In this document: one piece after another, positions 1-13,500 of the stretch | Layout of the letters: every line of letters begins with the position of its first letter | How positions within the stretch are numbered: position 1 is the stretch's first letter | Notes under the pieces: generated by a model | Told to the model about the DNA's origin: nothing | The model's database searches: none | What the model saw: only the letters and a program-made list of their open reading frames with translations | Origin: Magallana gigas | Lineage: Eukaryota | Direction of reading: 5' to 3' | Length of the DNA stretch: 64,000 nucleotides | Assembly: GCF_963853765.1 (NCBI RefSeq) | Contig: NC_088857.1 | Span: forward strand, 42,532,001-42,596,000 | Program-made: the position numbers and the translations under genes

Positions 1-990
1 TCACTTGTAAAAGAGTTCCATAAGTGCTCATTAATACACTCATTTGGGAGAACTATTTTCGGGTGACCCAATGTCCTAGTTGAGCGTACGTTTTATCCTT
101 TATCAAAACATGGCTGATGGAAAATAATTCCAGAATTCCCCTTCGTTTTTAGGAGTTTTCCGCCAGCGACAGGGACTGTACTTTTTTATGAGATGAAAAA
201 CAACGCGTAAAATGCCTGATTTTCCCAACTTTGTAAAAATACGAGGTCACTTGAATTTTTTATGCCAGTTGTTTCGGCAGGGGGGGGGGGGTGAAAGGGC
301 TCGGACATGATTTTCAAGCACATGTGTAACTTTGATGTAAACAAACTCTCGTGCCTTTGTGGATGGCTGTGTGTTTTTGCTAGCGCTTTCGAGCGCTAGC
401 AACTACGTTAGTCCTTTTCACTGGAATACGCATGCTCGACTCCATAGAAAGGGATTCTGGGAATACTGTACTACTGTAGATTAACTGTACCGTTTTATTT
501 CGTTTTATCATCTTCACGTGAAATTTTGTGTTTTATCGTTAAAGTCAAAAAGTAACAGTAGCTTCTGTCTTATAATGCAAAGTTAATTTCAATATTATAA
601 TAAATAACATGTAGCTATAGCTTTATCTTAAATTCCTTCAAGTTCGGAAGACAACTTCGAATATGTTTTCCGAGCTTGCCGGAAAGGCCCGAGAAGATAC
701 GATTTCTACAATACAAGTACCAATGGTTCCTGAAAAAAATTCACCTCGAAATTGATATTACAGGAGATACATTATGATTAAGGCACAGCCAATGAGCTAT
801 GTCATTGCCGATGTGTAGCCCACTCTAGATTCACAATTTCAAATTGAGACCCCACTCCAGCACACTTCCAGTACACCACTGTGCCTTCCTATTGTTAATT
901 AATCGATTCAGAAAATTAAACCAATGTTTTAGAAATCTGCTTCTGTGTTTTATGATTGCTACAGCGCTAGCTCACCAATCTTTTTTAAAA

Positions 991-1622
991 GATAAGCTTG
1001 TTTGCTACTAAATTGGTTAGGAACAATTGTTTTAAAAGTTGTAAAGAGGAATTTTCCCAGAGGTTTGTTTAAAACTCGCTATCTGTATCTAAAGTTGCGT
1101 AATTTTGGTAAGAATATATAGTAAAAATTAATAGTGGTGTGCAACCTTCTGGTGTCACTACTACAGTATTAGTTTTTACTGTATATTCTTAACAAAATTG
1201 CACAACTTTAGATACAGATTTAAAATTCAAAATGAACTTCTGGAAAAAATCCTCTTGACATCTTTTTAAACAACGCTTCATTTACATTTTTCTAGCAAAA
1301 TACACACGTGCATCCAGCAAGGCGTGAGACTTTGTTTACCTCGAAGTTACACACGTGCTTGAAAATCAAGCCCGGGCCTTTTCACAACCCCTCCGGAAAC
1401 AACTCGCATCAAAAATTCGAATGACCTCGCATTACTACAAAATTGGGATAGTTAGACCTCTTACATTTGAATTTTTCATGCGTGTTGTTTCCGGAGGGGT
1501 GTGTGAAAAGGTTCAAGCACGTGTGTAACTTCGAGGTAAACAAAGTCTCACGCCTTGCTGGATGCACGTGTGTATTTTGCTAGAAAATTGTAAATGAAGC
1601 GTTGTTTAAAAAGATGTCAAGA
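991..1622. repeat. Compound foldback (nested inverted repeat), MITE-like
   Basis: About 1254-1420 is the near-perfect reverse complement of about 1460-1622 (e.g. tacacacgtgcatccagcaaggcgtgagactttgtttacctcgaagttacacacgtgcttgaa). About 991-1140 is a more diverged reverse complement of about 1160-1300. A diverged inverted copy of the same arm lies at about 215-385. Confidence 0.8.
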
Positions 1623-2132
1623 CAAAAAGGCGATAGTTACATCATACATTGTTCATTGTTAGCCGACTTGAAATTTTTAAAATCGGCACGGCGCGTGTCG
1701 CGTTCCTCATTTTATCAACCCTTTACAATATCCTTTACGTCACGATATCGGAAACAACCGAGTAGCGTTACGAAAATATTCCGGTCACGTTTTTTGACTC
1801 GAGATAAACAAGCGCAAGTTGCGCAACTATCAGACGACAACAGAGAGAAGATTTATGTAAGTTAATAGCTTTGCTCGTTAATATATGTTTAATTTGTATT
1901 TAAACGGTAAAATTAAATCTTTTATAAACAAAATAATGTTCGGTGTTGGGGCATCTTGACTGACAGCTAGATCGGCTTTATTTACTCAGTGACGTTGTGT
2001 GTTGAACATCAGGCAGTGTGGGAATAATTTTCTTTTATAGTTTTAATTGTTTTATTATTATAGTTAATTTGTTATGTTTTTCTTATCTACACTTTGTGTG
2101 TTTGTTTTGTTTATACGGCCTGGGAAGTATTT

Positions 2133-2163
2133 GTGTGTGTGTGTGGGGGGGGGGGGGGGGGGT
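2133..2163. repeat. (TG)n microsatellite followed by a poly-G run
   Basis: tgtgtgtgtgtgtg followed by about 18 G. Confidence 0.85.
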
Positions 2164-3063
2164 GTAACAGACCATGATCTATATGGTCAACTATATAGAT
2201 CAGCAAGTAGATCTATCTCATAAAGATCAAGTATGCGTTTACATTTATGGCCCTATTGCATTACAGTGATTGTGGTGTGCCCTCAAGAAAATATTTGTAT
2301 ATATTCATCTTATTTGCAAGTGAACAGACTTGCATCTATAAGCTAAAATCGTAACAATGATCAAACAATCATGCAGATCTAGCCTTAATGTTGGCTGTAC
2401 TTAAACAATAAACAACGTTAACAATAACAAAAGCTGATTTTTTGAAGATGCATATATTGATTCAATAATAATAGGCTATGTTTTCATTGTTAAAAAAAAA
2501 GTACACACTGACACACCCTGTTTGACCTGTCCTGAGTAGAAAAAAATGTGAACAGTTATAAAGCTGTCATGTATGGACACTTTCGCGACCCACACACCAC
2601 TTTCTTACATTTACAGAAAACTCACCTGATTGGAATCACATGTATTTATCTATAAGAAAATGAACACATTGATTTCTATTGGGATGGGATGGGTGGGTAG
2701 GGGGGCATGTTGGGAAGGGAGGAGGTTAGTGTTTAATAAACTTAACTGAAGTAAATGCATGAGATGAACTTGATGAACAACAGAGTTCTACTGAAAGTAG
2801 AATCTAATAGTGAAGTCCTAAACAAAGGAGAATTACAAAGATGCGTAGATCCAGAAAATTTTTCTGGGGTTGGAGGTTCCAAGTAAACTTTACTTTTAGA
2901 AACCTATTTGACATTGCATGTGGTCATTCAGTGACCCCAATATAGACAATAACAAGCTATGAAGTCTTCATCAGCTCCAGCTATTACCTTTATTAATTTC
3001 ATGAACTGAAACTTTTTTAAATGTAAAGAAATGATGAAACCTCTTGTTGATCTTTGCAGAACC

Positions 3064-5168
3064 ATGAAGGGCCACAGAGGGGGATGGATCTTTCTGATTG
3101 TACTGACATGCCTGGTTTGGACTGTTATGGTCGCATTCAATGCCCTGGCAGGAGGGGAGGGGCAGAAACTTGGTGAGATTTGATTGTTTATATTGTGATT
3201 CATAAATGCAGAAAAAATCTTTGTTCATCTTTGATGATGATCAGAGGTTTTTGATTTTAATCAAATGAATGTAATTTGTCTTGGTCAGGCTTGACTGAAT
3301 GGATTTTACAAAATGATATAATTTTTATATAAAACTAAGTAACTAAAATACTTATGTGACAATCTAATGAGATAATGCTAATTTTCCCCCTTGAAAACTA
3401 TCATAAATCATGTAGCAGTATTGATATACATGTAACTGGACTTATTGCTACTATAAATGGGGTATACCTTGGCAATAACATTCCTCCCTGGTTTATCTTA
3501 GTAATTTACAAGGGTGGTCAACAATGAAGATGTTTGTAACCTGGCTATCAGTCTGCAGTGTTGTCCAAGCTTTTAAATTGAGAATTTCTTCGGTTGTATC
3601 TTGTAAATGAAACAAACCTAGTAAATTTTAGATAACAACTTTGAGTCAAAATTGGTTACATAATCTCAGAAGTTTTGAAAGGTGAATTTTTTTTTTATCA
3701 AAAGTCATTTTTAATGCAGTATACAGTAGAGGTGTCATGCTTTGGCAAAAAATTTGGAAAGTAGAAACTGTCAATCATTATACAAAGCCAAAAAGGTGTC
3801 TTTTTGAGGGCATTCAGAAATGATTGATGGAGCCAAATTATGTTCAGATTTACATATGTCCTGTTCTAGATGATAGTATAATGTAGATGTAAAGGAATAT
3901 GCATGTAATTAACCAATTGTCATTGCACACAATAATCATAAGAGTTATAGATGTACTGAATATCTTAATTGCTGGCACACAGTGCTTAGAATTAGTAACA
4001 AAGCAGCATAAGAAACCCCACTTTATAAATTTAGACAATGATATCTAAAACACTGTGTGCTGAAAAATAATTTTCAGAATTATATGCAACACTGTTATCA
4101 AGATCATGAAGTTCTACATTGTAGTTGATTTTGGAATCAAATTTGATGACTATTAGAGATATATCCTTTTCATGAAGATTGAATTCAATAAACACAAAAT
4201 GGAACCTTCACTGCATTAACAGTAAATGGAAATATTCATTTATACAACATGTAGCCTTAAAGCTGCAGCTTTAAACATGTCATTCTACCTTTATAAACAT
4301 TCCTGATAATTTTCAGTTGTTCATCAGTAATTAACAAGTTTTTTCTTGTTTTTATACAGGAATATTCAAAAACACTACTGGAGATATTTCAGATGTTTTT
4401 AACCTTGAAATAACCCCAGCAGGATGGACATTTAGTATTTGGGGCTTTATCTATGCGTGGCAGGCTCTATGGTTGGTATACGCATTATCCACGATATGTC
4501 GCAAGACTCGAGAGGGCCACTACATCTACACCCTTCCCATCATGCCGCCAGTGATTTATGCAGTATACATCATCAACAACCTGGCAAACATCGCTTGGTT
4601 GTTTGTCTGGGACAGACAAGAGATCATTGCATCCTTAGTTGTCATAGCACTGACTCCACTCACTTTGTATGTCTGTCTGTTCTTCTCCTTTAAACGTCTA
4701 TACAATAACTTAGGCCTTCTTGTCAGAGCAAATGCCACCAAGGAAATTTGGTTGATTCGCTTTTTGGTTCAGAATGGTCTGGCCATCTATGCTACGTGGA
4801 CCACTGTGGCAACCTTGCTAAATGTTGCCATGGTGATGATTTATAAAGGAGGTGTTGAAAATAGCCTGGCCTGCACAATCATCCTTGGAGTTCTGTCTTT
4901 TGTTATCGTGTTGTGGTTTGTTCTTGACAACTTTGTTTTAGACAACTATACAAGGTACACTTTCACTCCTAACATTGTCTTCGTTGTTGCCCTGGCAGGT
5001 TCAGTTTCCAAAAACTTCAATCTAGACACTAGGGAGACAATCTCAATCTTCCTGGTGGTCATGTTGAGTGTTGCTTCTCTCCTGCTGCTTCTGAAGTTGC
5101 TTATCATGGTATACAGGCACATAAGAACTCCCATTAATCCAAACACCGAGTATGAACCAACTCTTTAG
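3064..5168 (+). CDS. Uncharacterised multi-pass membrane protein (TPAGWTFSIWG-x-IY family, distantly TspO-like)
   Basis: Exons 3064-3172 (ATG MKGHRGGWIFLIVLTCLVWTVMVAFNALAGG.., donor gtgaga, phase 1) and 4360-5168 (acceptor ttttatacag) join in frame: ..GIFKNTTGDISDVFNLEITPAGWTFSIWGFIYAWQALWLVY.. About 305 aa with many hydrophobic helices. Family assignment is from motif recall. Confidence 0.85.
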
Positions 5169-6429
5169 TTTGACAAGAAAAACCTTGTCTTAAAGCTTGG
5201 CTAAACAATGCCAGTTTCAATCTGTATAGTTAAAGCATGTACAGTTTTCAATATGAAGAATCTGATAGGATGAATTGAAGCAATCACGACTAATATCAGT
5301 TATTAAGCAGAGAGACAATTATCCATGATTTGGTTGGTTTTGGTACTAAAAAATGAACAACGAATTTTTGTGACGCCTTAGTGGTCTTCCATAAGTTATG
5401 TGAACCATTTGTTTTACTTGGTGTTTGTAAATACATGTATCCTATATTTTCTATGTATTTCATTGTACCAGACTTAAAAGTTGTGATATCATATCGCCAT
5501 GTGTATATAGTGAAACAATTATTTACTTGTACTTTGTTTTATAAAATTCATTTCTACATATTTTTTCAATTGGTCGTCTTTTATATCAATTTGAAAGAAC
5601 CCATTGCAGTTCAGATGTTTACCATTTGCATTTTTGAAATGTAATGAATTAAGCAGATACATGTTATTACAAATTAAAAGTTAAACTCAAATGTACATAA
5701 ATCTTTTATTAAATTCAGGGTAAATGATATTAGTCCCCTCATTTTGCCATTTGATTGTACCTATAGGTATATGTCTACAGAATTTGGTCTTTATTTAACA
5801 GCATGCTTTTGCTAAGTAAAAAAAAATATAATTCAGTGCTTTTGATTCACAAGAAATACATACATTGTACATACATGTTTATTTTTTTGGTTGGATTTGA
5901 GTTTTGAATTTCTTTTCACTTTTGTTGAGTGTTACACATGTAACAGGATTTTCATTTAAAACGTTTTTATTTTTCAATGTTCTATTAGAATGTCTATATT
6001 TTATATTTTTCTATCTGAACATAATATTAATTAGATCTAGTCATGTTCTTTGGCTGAATAATAAATAAAACCAGCAAGTCTTGCAGAGTTGACTTAAATT
6101 TTGTTAATAGTAGAAATTACCGAAATTCAATAAGCTATATGAAGTTTGATGATAAGTATCCCATGGAGAAGCTTTGTGCAATACATCAGGGCAACTGAAA
6201 CCCCTGAATGGATTAGCATTGATTGAGAGCCACTTGATGACTTCTCTGTACTTTTCCTGTGTGAAATGGGTTTCGGATATTATAGGTCATGAGTTTGCCA
6301 GTCACAAGGTTCGAAATATCCTTCCGTGTTAAAGTTTAAGTGAAACGCTTATCAGATTATAAAACAGAATTTTTTTCTCAGATATTTTAAACAAACGTTA
6401 GCTTGCATACCTTTCACATAACGGACCCT

Positions 6430-6930
6430 TTAAAGGGGCATGGTCACGATTTTGGTCAAATTTTATTTTTCGATTTCTATTGTTTATAATACTTCAGTAA
6501 GGCATTTCTAATAATCAGTTAAAATTTGAGAGTGATTCGTAGAGTTATAAGCAAGTTAATGGGCTCACAATTGTTTGCCATGTAAACAAGGCTCGTGCCC
6601 TGTTTTTGTTTACATAGGTTCAATATACCAGTATAAAATCTATTTCCAGCTTATTTCTCTATCTTTTTATTTATTTTAGACATGAATAAACAGTTTCTAA
6701 CGTATAACACATTCGTTTTAAGTTTTAAAATGAAATTTTTACTTTAACGTTCAAAATGTAAACAAACACTTTGTTTACATAGCGAAGAATTTCAAGCTCT
6801 GTAACTCGCTTATAACTCAACAAATGATACTCAAATTTTGGTTGCCTATTAAATATGCCTTTCTGAAGCATTGTAAATATTAAAATCGGAAAAATAATTT
6901 TTGACCAAAATCGCGACCATGCCCCTTTAA
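6430..6930. mobile_element. Non-autonomous TIR DNA transposon (MITE), TTAA-flanked, Kolobok-like
   Basis: ttaa|AGGGGCATGGTCACGATTTTGGTCAAA ... TTTGACCAAAATCGCGACCATGCCCCT|ttaa. About 500 bp, non-coding. TTAA target with purine-purine termini matches Kolobok-type elements. Confidence 0.85.
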
Positions 6931-7535
6931 ACTGCCAAGAACAATGTTTAGAATGCATGTTGTATAACATGTTATCGTATTGATTAATTGGACAATCTCC
7001 CAAATTAACTGCATGTTTGCGAATAAAATGCAGTGGTCTTAGAGTGAGATGAAGACATTACTGAAAAGGGAAAAAACCCCAAGATATTGACATAAAAATG
7101 TGTAAATATCTGAAAAAACCACCCCAAAAAAGCACAAAAAAAACAGCGGTAAAAATCTTTTAATATAATGATTTGAAAATGCATCATTCATAAGACATGG
7201 AACATTACGAACAATGGATAACAATTTAATAAAGATAAAGTAGATATATAGTAATTATTAGTGGTAAAATACCCGTGCACAAGTATTCCAGGAGCGTTAA
7301 GTAAACAAAACAATCAAAATGTGGTGTTGAGTATATAATTGAAATATTATGAAACAGTTTGCTGCAAGAAATATTTGGTTATAAACATAAATATTATAAT
7401 CACATGGTAAAGCAATGGGGCATGAAAAAGCAATTTCAATCATATACAAAGTGTTTCCCTGAAAACTCGCAATCAAAGATGTAAAAATGATACTTCAATA
7501 CTTTATGCAACTCATACAATGGTACATGACATTTG

Positions 7536-10500
7536 CTACTCATAGTCAGGTTTAGGAATTATTGGCCCACTAGATTCCCTGGGTGGTGGGAGTTGGGGCG
7601 CCGGGGCATGTCGATCAAACAGAGAAATTCTGAAACTCCTCCTGTGGTCGAACTCCTCGGGCCCGTCTCTCTCTGGGGGATACCTGTCTAGACTACTTTC
7701 AAAACTGGTACTGCTACAAATCAAATGTATATCGTGGGAAATGTTGAAGATTTGACACAAGTTTAACTAATGCTTTTTTATTAACCTAATCATCAATTGA
7801 ATATGAATTTAAAAATTTAAAAAAAACCCCAGACAATTATTTGCTTTAAAAAATCATGAAAAGTACTTCCTCTCTTGTATTTATATAAACATTCTAATAT
7901 ATATGGAAACTAAACACAGTCGGAGGGTCTTGTATATGTACTTACTCAGAGCTAAAGCCTGTTCTTCTTTGTGCCTAAATCGGTAATAGAAATGATTATT
8001 TCATGACTAAAAATATCATAATATCTTTTCTAATTAATGGTCATATGAGAGAAAGAGAGAGAGCGAGAATGACCAAAATTAATAAATCTTTATAAAATTA
8101 CATATACATGTACATGTACCACTAATAAATTCATTATGAATTTTACCCGTTCTGATACTTGTAGTCATGATAGTTGAATTGAATATAGTGCACGTAAAGC
8201 TGACTTACGTTAGTGTCTGTCCGATCCTGCTGTAACAGGTGCATCTGTGGCATGTTGACACCGTAGCTCACGTTATGCTTCAGACCATTGAAAGTCCTCC
8301 GATTGTCGTCATATAACTCAGAATCCCTATGGGCCTTTATACGGGACTGGCAAAACCTACTCATATAAAGCAGAGTAAAAAATGCAATTTTAGGTATAAC
8401 TTGAAAGAAATATCTCTATTTAATATACCTATATCATGCGCGGACCCAAACAATTCCAAGGGGGTGGGGGGGGGGGGGGGTGTTTGTCCAAGGGATAACT
8501 TGTTTGCAAAAGGGATATCGATCCGATGCCCGTTTTTGGTAACTATTTAAAGTAAGTACATGTATTTCCTATATATGGGCGTTAAATGAGTTTGAGTTTA
8601 GATCCATGCATGTGTATGATTTGAACACCAATAGACACGCATACGAAAAGCCTGTGAGCCTAAACAGTCACAGAGCTATTCATTTCCTCTGCGGATGAAA
8701 ATGTTCAGTTTCCAACTACCAAAATGGTATATTCATTTTTTGCAATTTGATTGTCTGCGATATCTGAATTGATAACTCGATGGAAAACACATTTTTGCCA
8801 TCAAATATTCTGTAGTCGTGATGAAACTGTGAAATTAGGATTTCTATGTATTGGATCAATCAACTAAATTTTTATGTACTCTAGTGGTTGCCAAAAAAAG
8901 CATTGCTTCTGAGGGATAGGGATCAAGAATTTCAAAATGTACGCTCTCCTTTCTTTACGGGTGATAAAAACCTAGTTTATTCATGAATGGCTATGTAGTT
9001 TATGAAAAGTAAGAAAGTTTATTAACAATAACACATGACAAACGGCACACGACAACAGATAACCACAGATCAATTGAAAATGAAATTCAATGAATCTTTA
9101 TCGAGATGTAATGTTTGTTGATACAATTCAATTTAGGAAGAATTTAATATAATTTAGTAACAAGTCAATGCAGTATTAACTTAGTTAAAAAATTGGTTCG
9201 TAGAATATTTTTGTTTAAGATGGGGTGAAAATTAGCTCACCCGAAAACCGCAGCCGCCGTGACTAGGATGAGGAAGCAGGCAACGCCCACTAGCGACCAC
9301 GTGTAGGTCATAAACTCTTCTGCGGATTTGACTTTATCAGCGATGTAGCTCTCCTTTTCACCTTCCAAGGTCAAATTGAGCGTCAAAGTGCTGAAAATGG
9401 GGTTTGAAACCATTAAGATGGAAATATCATTCTTTTTGTTTTAGAATCTAAATATTTACATCGCAAAGGTATTTTTTTAGGATTATGAATTGAATGGATC
9501 CAAATTTTAAAGTACAGCTTCTTAAAATAATAAAATTATATTTATAAGTTTAAGGATATGAGATGCATGTAACTAGCAGACACCTTGATTTTGGATGGAC
9601 ACCCTTGTCCGTAGCTTGAACAGTTAAATAGACTGGATGGCTCCCAATCATCGTAATCTTACTGCTGAACGACAGGGCGCCCGTATCTCTGTCTATCGTG
9701 AACATGTCCTAAAAAGAAAGCGCGAACATCTTATTAGCACATCATTGTTCAGGTTTACATTCAAACGTTTTTCAGTATTTAAAATGAATTTCGAACGATA
9801 TAAATAGCGTTGTTACCAGAACGTTTCCTTCCAGTATGCTGAACTCCACCTCGCCGTCCTTCCCCTCGTCAAGGTCATTTGCTCTCAAGGTCGTGACAGG
9901 TATATTCGTTTGACGACTCTTCAGACTGATTGGTTCAATATCTGCAAGGTTACATAGAGCAAATAGAGTCAAGCTTCCTTTGCTTAAAGAATCTTCTCTA
10001 CTAAACCAAAACAACGAAGTACAAGTTAATCTTTGCTGATAAGTAGGATTTGAAAGTACTACTGAATTTTTCAGTTGTAATCCACACAATTGTATACATA
10101 AAACCCCTAAAATCAACCCCCTCGCCATCCACTATTATTCCAATATTTTCACACATCTCATTATCTTAAAGATAAAAAAGGTTGCACTCCAAGACGAACA
10201 AAACATAAAGTATATACTTGTAACTACATTGTCATGCAGTTCGATGAAGCTGAGATAAAAAAAAAATAAAGTAAAAAGGAGAGGAATGAAGTCAGTTCAC
10301 ATACCGCCTTGTTTGACCAGGGTGATGTTAGGGTGGTGTTGGTTTGTGTCCTTGTATTTGATTATCACAGACACAGTCACTCTGTTTCTCCTGTTGCGGT
10401 CACCTTTATCAATAGCTTCCACCCTTACCTGAAAGTTACAGGTTATGTAGAGGGGAAATGTAAAAAATGTAGTTGAAACCATTTGCAAAGGGCAAAAGTC

Positions 10501-13500
10501 ATCACCAAAATAAACCCATACGTATATAAAGAGAATTAATCTTAATTTTGAAATATGTTTCCCCCTTGCATAACTGCATCTAGGGAACTACTTCGTAACG
10601 ATATATTAACAATAAGAGGCTATTAGACCTTAACGGTCACCTGAGTAGCATATTACCCATACACAAACTTGTCGAGGAGTCTCATATATGCATTTAATTA
10701 GGTTTCATTCTGGAGTAGAAAAATTATAAATTTGTAATGACGACCACCTCCCTGCCTGAAAATTTTCAAAAAGAACTATGAAACCAATAATTTTGGGAAA
10801 AAACGTAAAGATCTGTTATACAAAATCATGAATTCAGTTTTCCTTTCAGGTGTGTGGGAGTAAAGAAGATAATTTTTAAACATTATATGCATCAACACCT
10901 AAACATCCATTTTGGCCCTGCCCTAGAGTCAAAACACATACTCTAGGGGGCAGAAACTTTAAAATTTAGTACAGGACTTCCTGGTAAACATAATTATGAT
11001 GTCAGTTTTTCATACAGATGTGTGAGAGTAGAGAAGAAGATTTTTAAACATTATATGCATTAACACTGTATTGCCACCCCCCCCCCCCATGTCTGGAACC
11101 CCTGACCCTGGGGCGATGCATTTCACAACTTTGGTAGAGGAGTTAGTGGACTTCATAACCATGTCTTCAGTTTTTTGCCCACATGTGTGGGAGTAAAGAA
11201 GAAGGTTTTTTAAAAGATATAATACATTTTTATTATATGGCCATATTGGCCCCACCCTAGAGCATGAATCCCTGACACAGGGGTCATGAATTTCACAATT
11301 TTGGTAGAGGGCTTCATGGACATTATAACCAGACATTTAGTATTTAACAAATATATATGGGAGTAGAGAAGACGATTTTCTAAGATTTAATACATTTTAA
11401 CTACATGTATATGACCATATTGGCCCCACCCTAGAGCCTGAACCCCTGACACAGGCGTCATGAATTTTACAATTTTGGTAGAGGGCTTCATTGACATCAT
11501 AATCATGCATTTAGTTTTTAACAAACATATATGGGAATAGAGAAGTAGATTTTCTAAGATTTAATACATTTTTACTATATGGCCATATTGGCACCACCCT
11601 AGAGCCTGAACCCCTGACCCAGAGGCCATGAATTTCATAATTTTGATAGACGGCTTCATGGATATCATAACCATGCAACTAGTTTTTCCTCACATGTGTG
11701 GGAGTAAAGAATAAGATTTTTGAAATTTTTGGCTTTTTTGCATATTTGGCCCCACCTGTGGCGCCCCAGTGTGGTAGAGCCATGAATCCTCTTACCATAG
11801 AGATGCCTCACACCAAAAATGGTAACAATTACTCTTGTAGTTTTTAAGAAGAAGTTAAAAATGTAAAATTGTTAACGCCCGACGGACGACGCACGACGAC
11901 AGATAGCAATAGGTCACCTGAGTTTACTTAGGTGACCTAAAAATAGATGGAGTTTTAAGGTCGTAAAACGCGAAACACCAATAAAATTAATGCTGATTTT
12001 TTTTCAATAAAAGGTACATATATTTCATATATAATGTATGTTCTCTTAAGCATACGTGTTCCGTGAAGTCTCTAACTGCCCCAATGTTCAGGGATTCATT
12101 GCTACACAGTTCTCCAGTGGTTTCTTTTATGACGATCACGCTATCGTTGTAGTTACTGGAAGTGATGGAATCCCTGATGATCTTGTACAGTGTGACGGCA
12201 TTCATTCCCTCATCCTTGTCCTCTGCTGTAACCATACCAAAGCACGTGCCGACAGGGGCCTCCTAAAACAATACAAAAAACACAACGTATTCAACCTCTG
12301 CAGGTATATGTTCTTTTGGCTCCTTTTTTACACGGATAGAATTAATTTATCATTTTAAATCAATCCTTTCAAAGCCCTTTTAATCCATTAGCATACATTA
12401 CTAGTATATGGGAACAGTTTCTTCAAAATAACATTGTCAGTTACTGTAGCCCAACTCTCGATTGATCCTACCTGATAGACTTCAAACTGGAAATCCTCCA
12501 GAAACTTTGGGTCATTGTCGTTCTGGTCCAGCACTGTGATATTGACCCTGGCGCTGGTCTCCTTCCCTCCCTCGTCCCTCGCCACCACCGTCAGGGTGAT
12601 AAATGGCTCCTCCTCTCTATCATACCCACTCACATTTACAATCAAATCCCCGGTGACACCGTCTATCGTGTAAGAATTATCGTTGGAATTATCACTGATA
12701 TCTGAAATGCAAAAGTATCATTTTAAAAAAAATATATAGACAAAGAAAAAACATTTATTTGCTTATAAGTATATATAATACACACCAATAAGTCGGTAAG
12801 TGCAATTGCATGCAGTTATATTTTCCTTCTGCCGGTCCTGCGCAGTCACTGTCATAAGCACGCCTTCTAACTTGGAGTTCTCTTCAACTTTCTCCCGATA
12901 TTCAGCTTGAGAGAAGAAAGGGCGCTCGTTGTCATCAGTAATATTAATTTTGACCTGTAAGAAAAATCAATATAGATCATCATGTCTTATTTGTTTAAAA
13001 ATCATATTCGTCTTCGGAAGAGAAATAACTATCGATTCAAATGAATAAAAATATATTCGTGTTTTTAAATTTTGATTTTCATAAAATACTTTATCATCAA
13101 TCATAACACAAAAACACCAAATGTCCTTGATGCTCCTTAAAAAGAAATGAAAAGTAAGGAAAGGAAAAACAAACACACCATGACTGAGGTGGAGAGCGGT
13201 TTGGGGAGACCATCGTCGCTAACAATGACTGTAAGCTCTACCGAGTCCAACTGAAGAGTCGTCAAATTCTCTGCGATAGATATTTTTCCATTTGTAGCAT
13301 CTATTTTAAAGTAAGAATATCCATCATCGTTGGTGCTGAAATCTTAAAAAAAAAAACGTTTTGTAAAATGAAGGTAATGAGCAATTTAATGAAACCTACA
13401 GTACATGTACATGCTTAGGAATAAATGAAAAAGGAAGAAGTAAGTTTAATTATCATTGTGCAAAAAAGTATTTATTACTAAATGATAATAAAGCATTTCT

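Noticed and set aside
2683-2725. G-quadruplex-prone GGG tract before the membrane-protein CDS
   Set aside because: G-runs are frequent throughout the window, and there is no evidence of specific function.
9772-10128. ORF starting MARGLILGVLCIQLCGL looks like the signal peptide of a second cadherin
   Set aside because: Only 9941-9817 is needed. A good acceptor (aaccttgcag) joins it in phase to exon 10305 and completes a cadherin repeat, so the upstream part is best read as intron.
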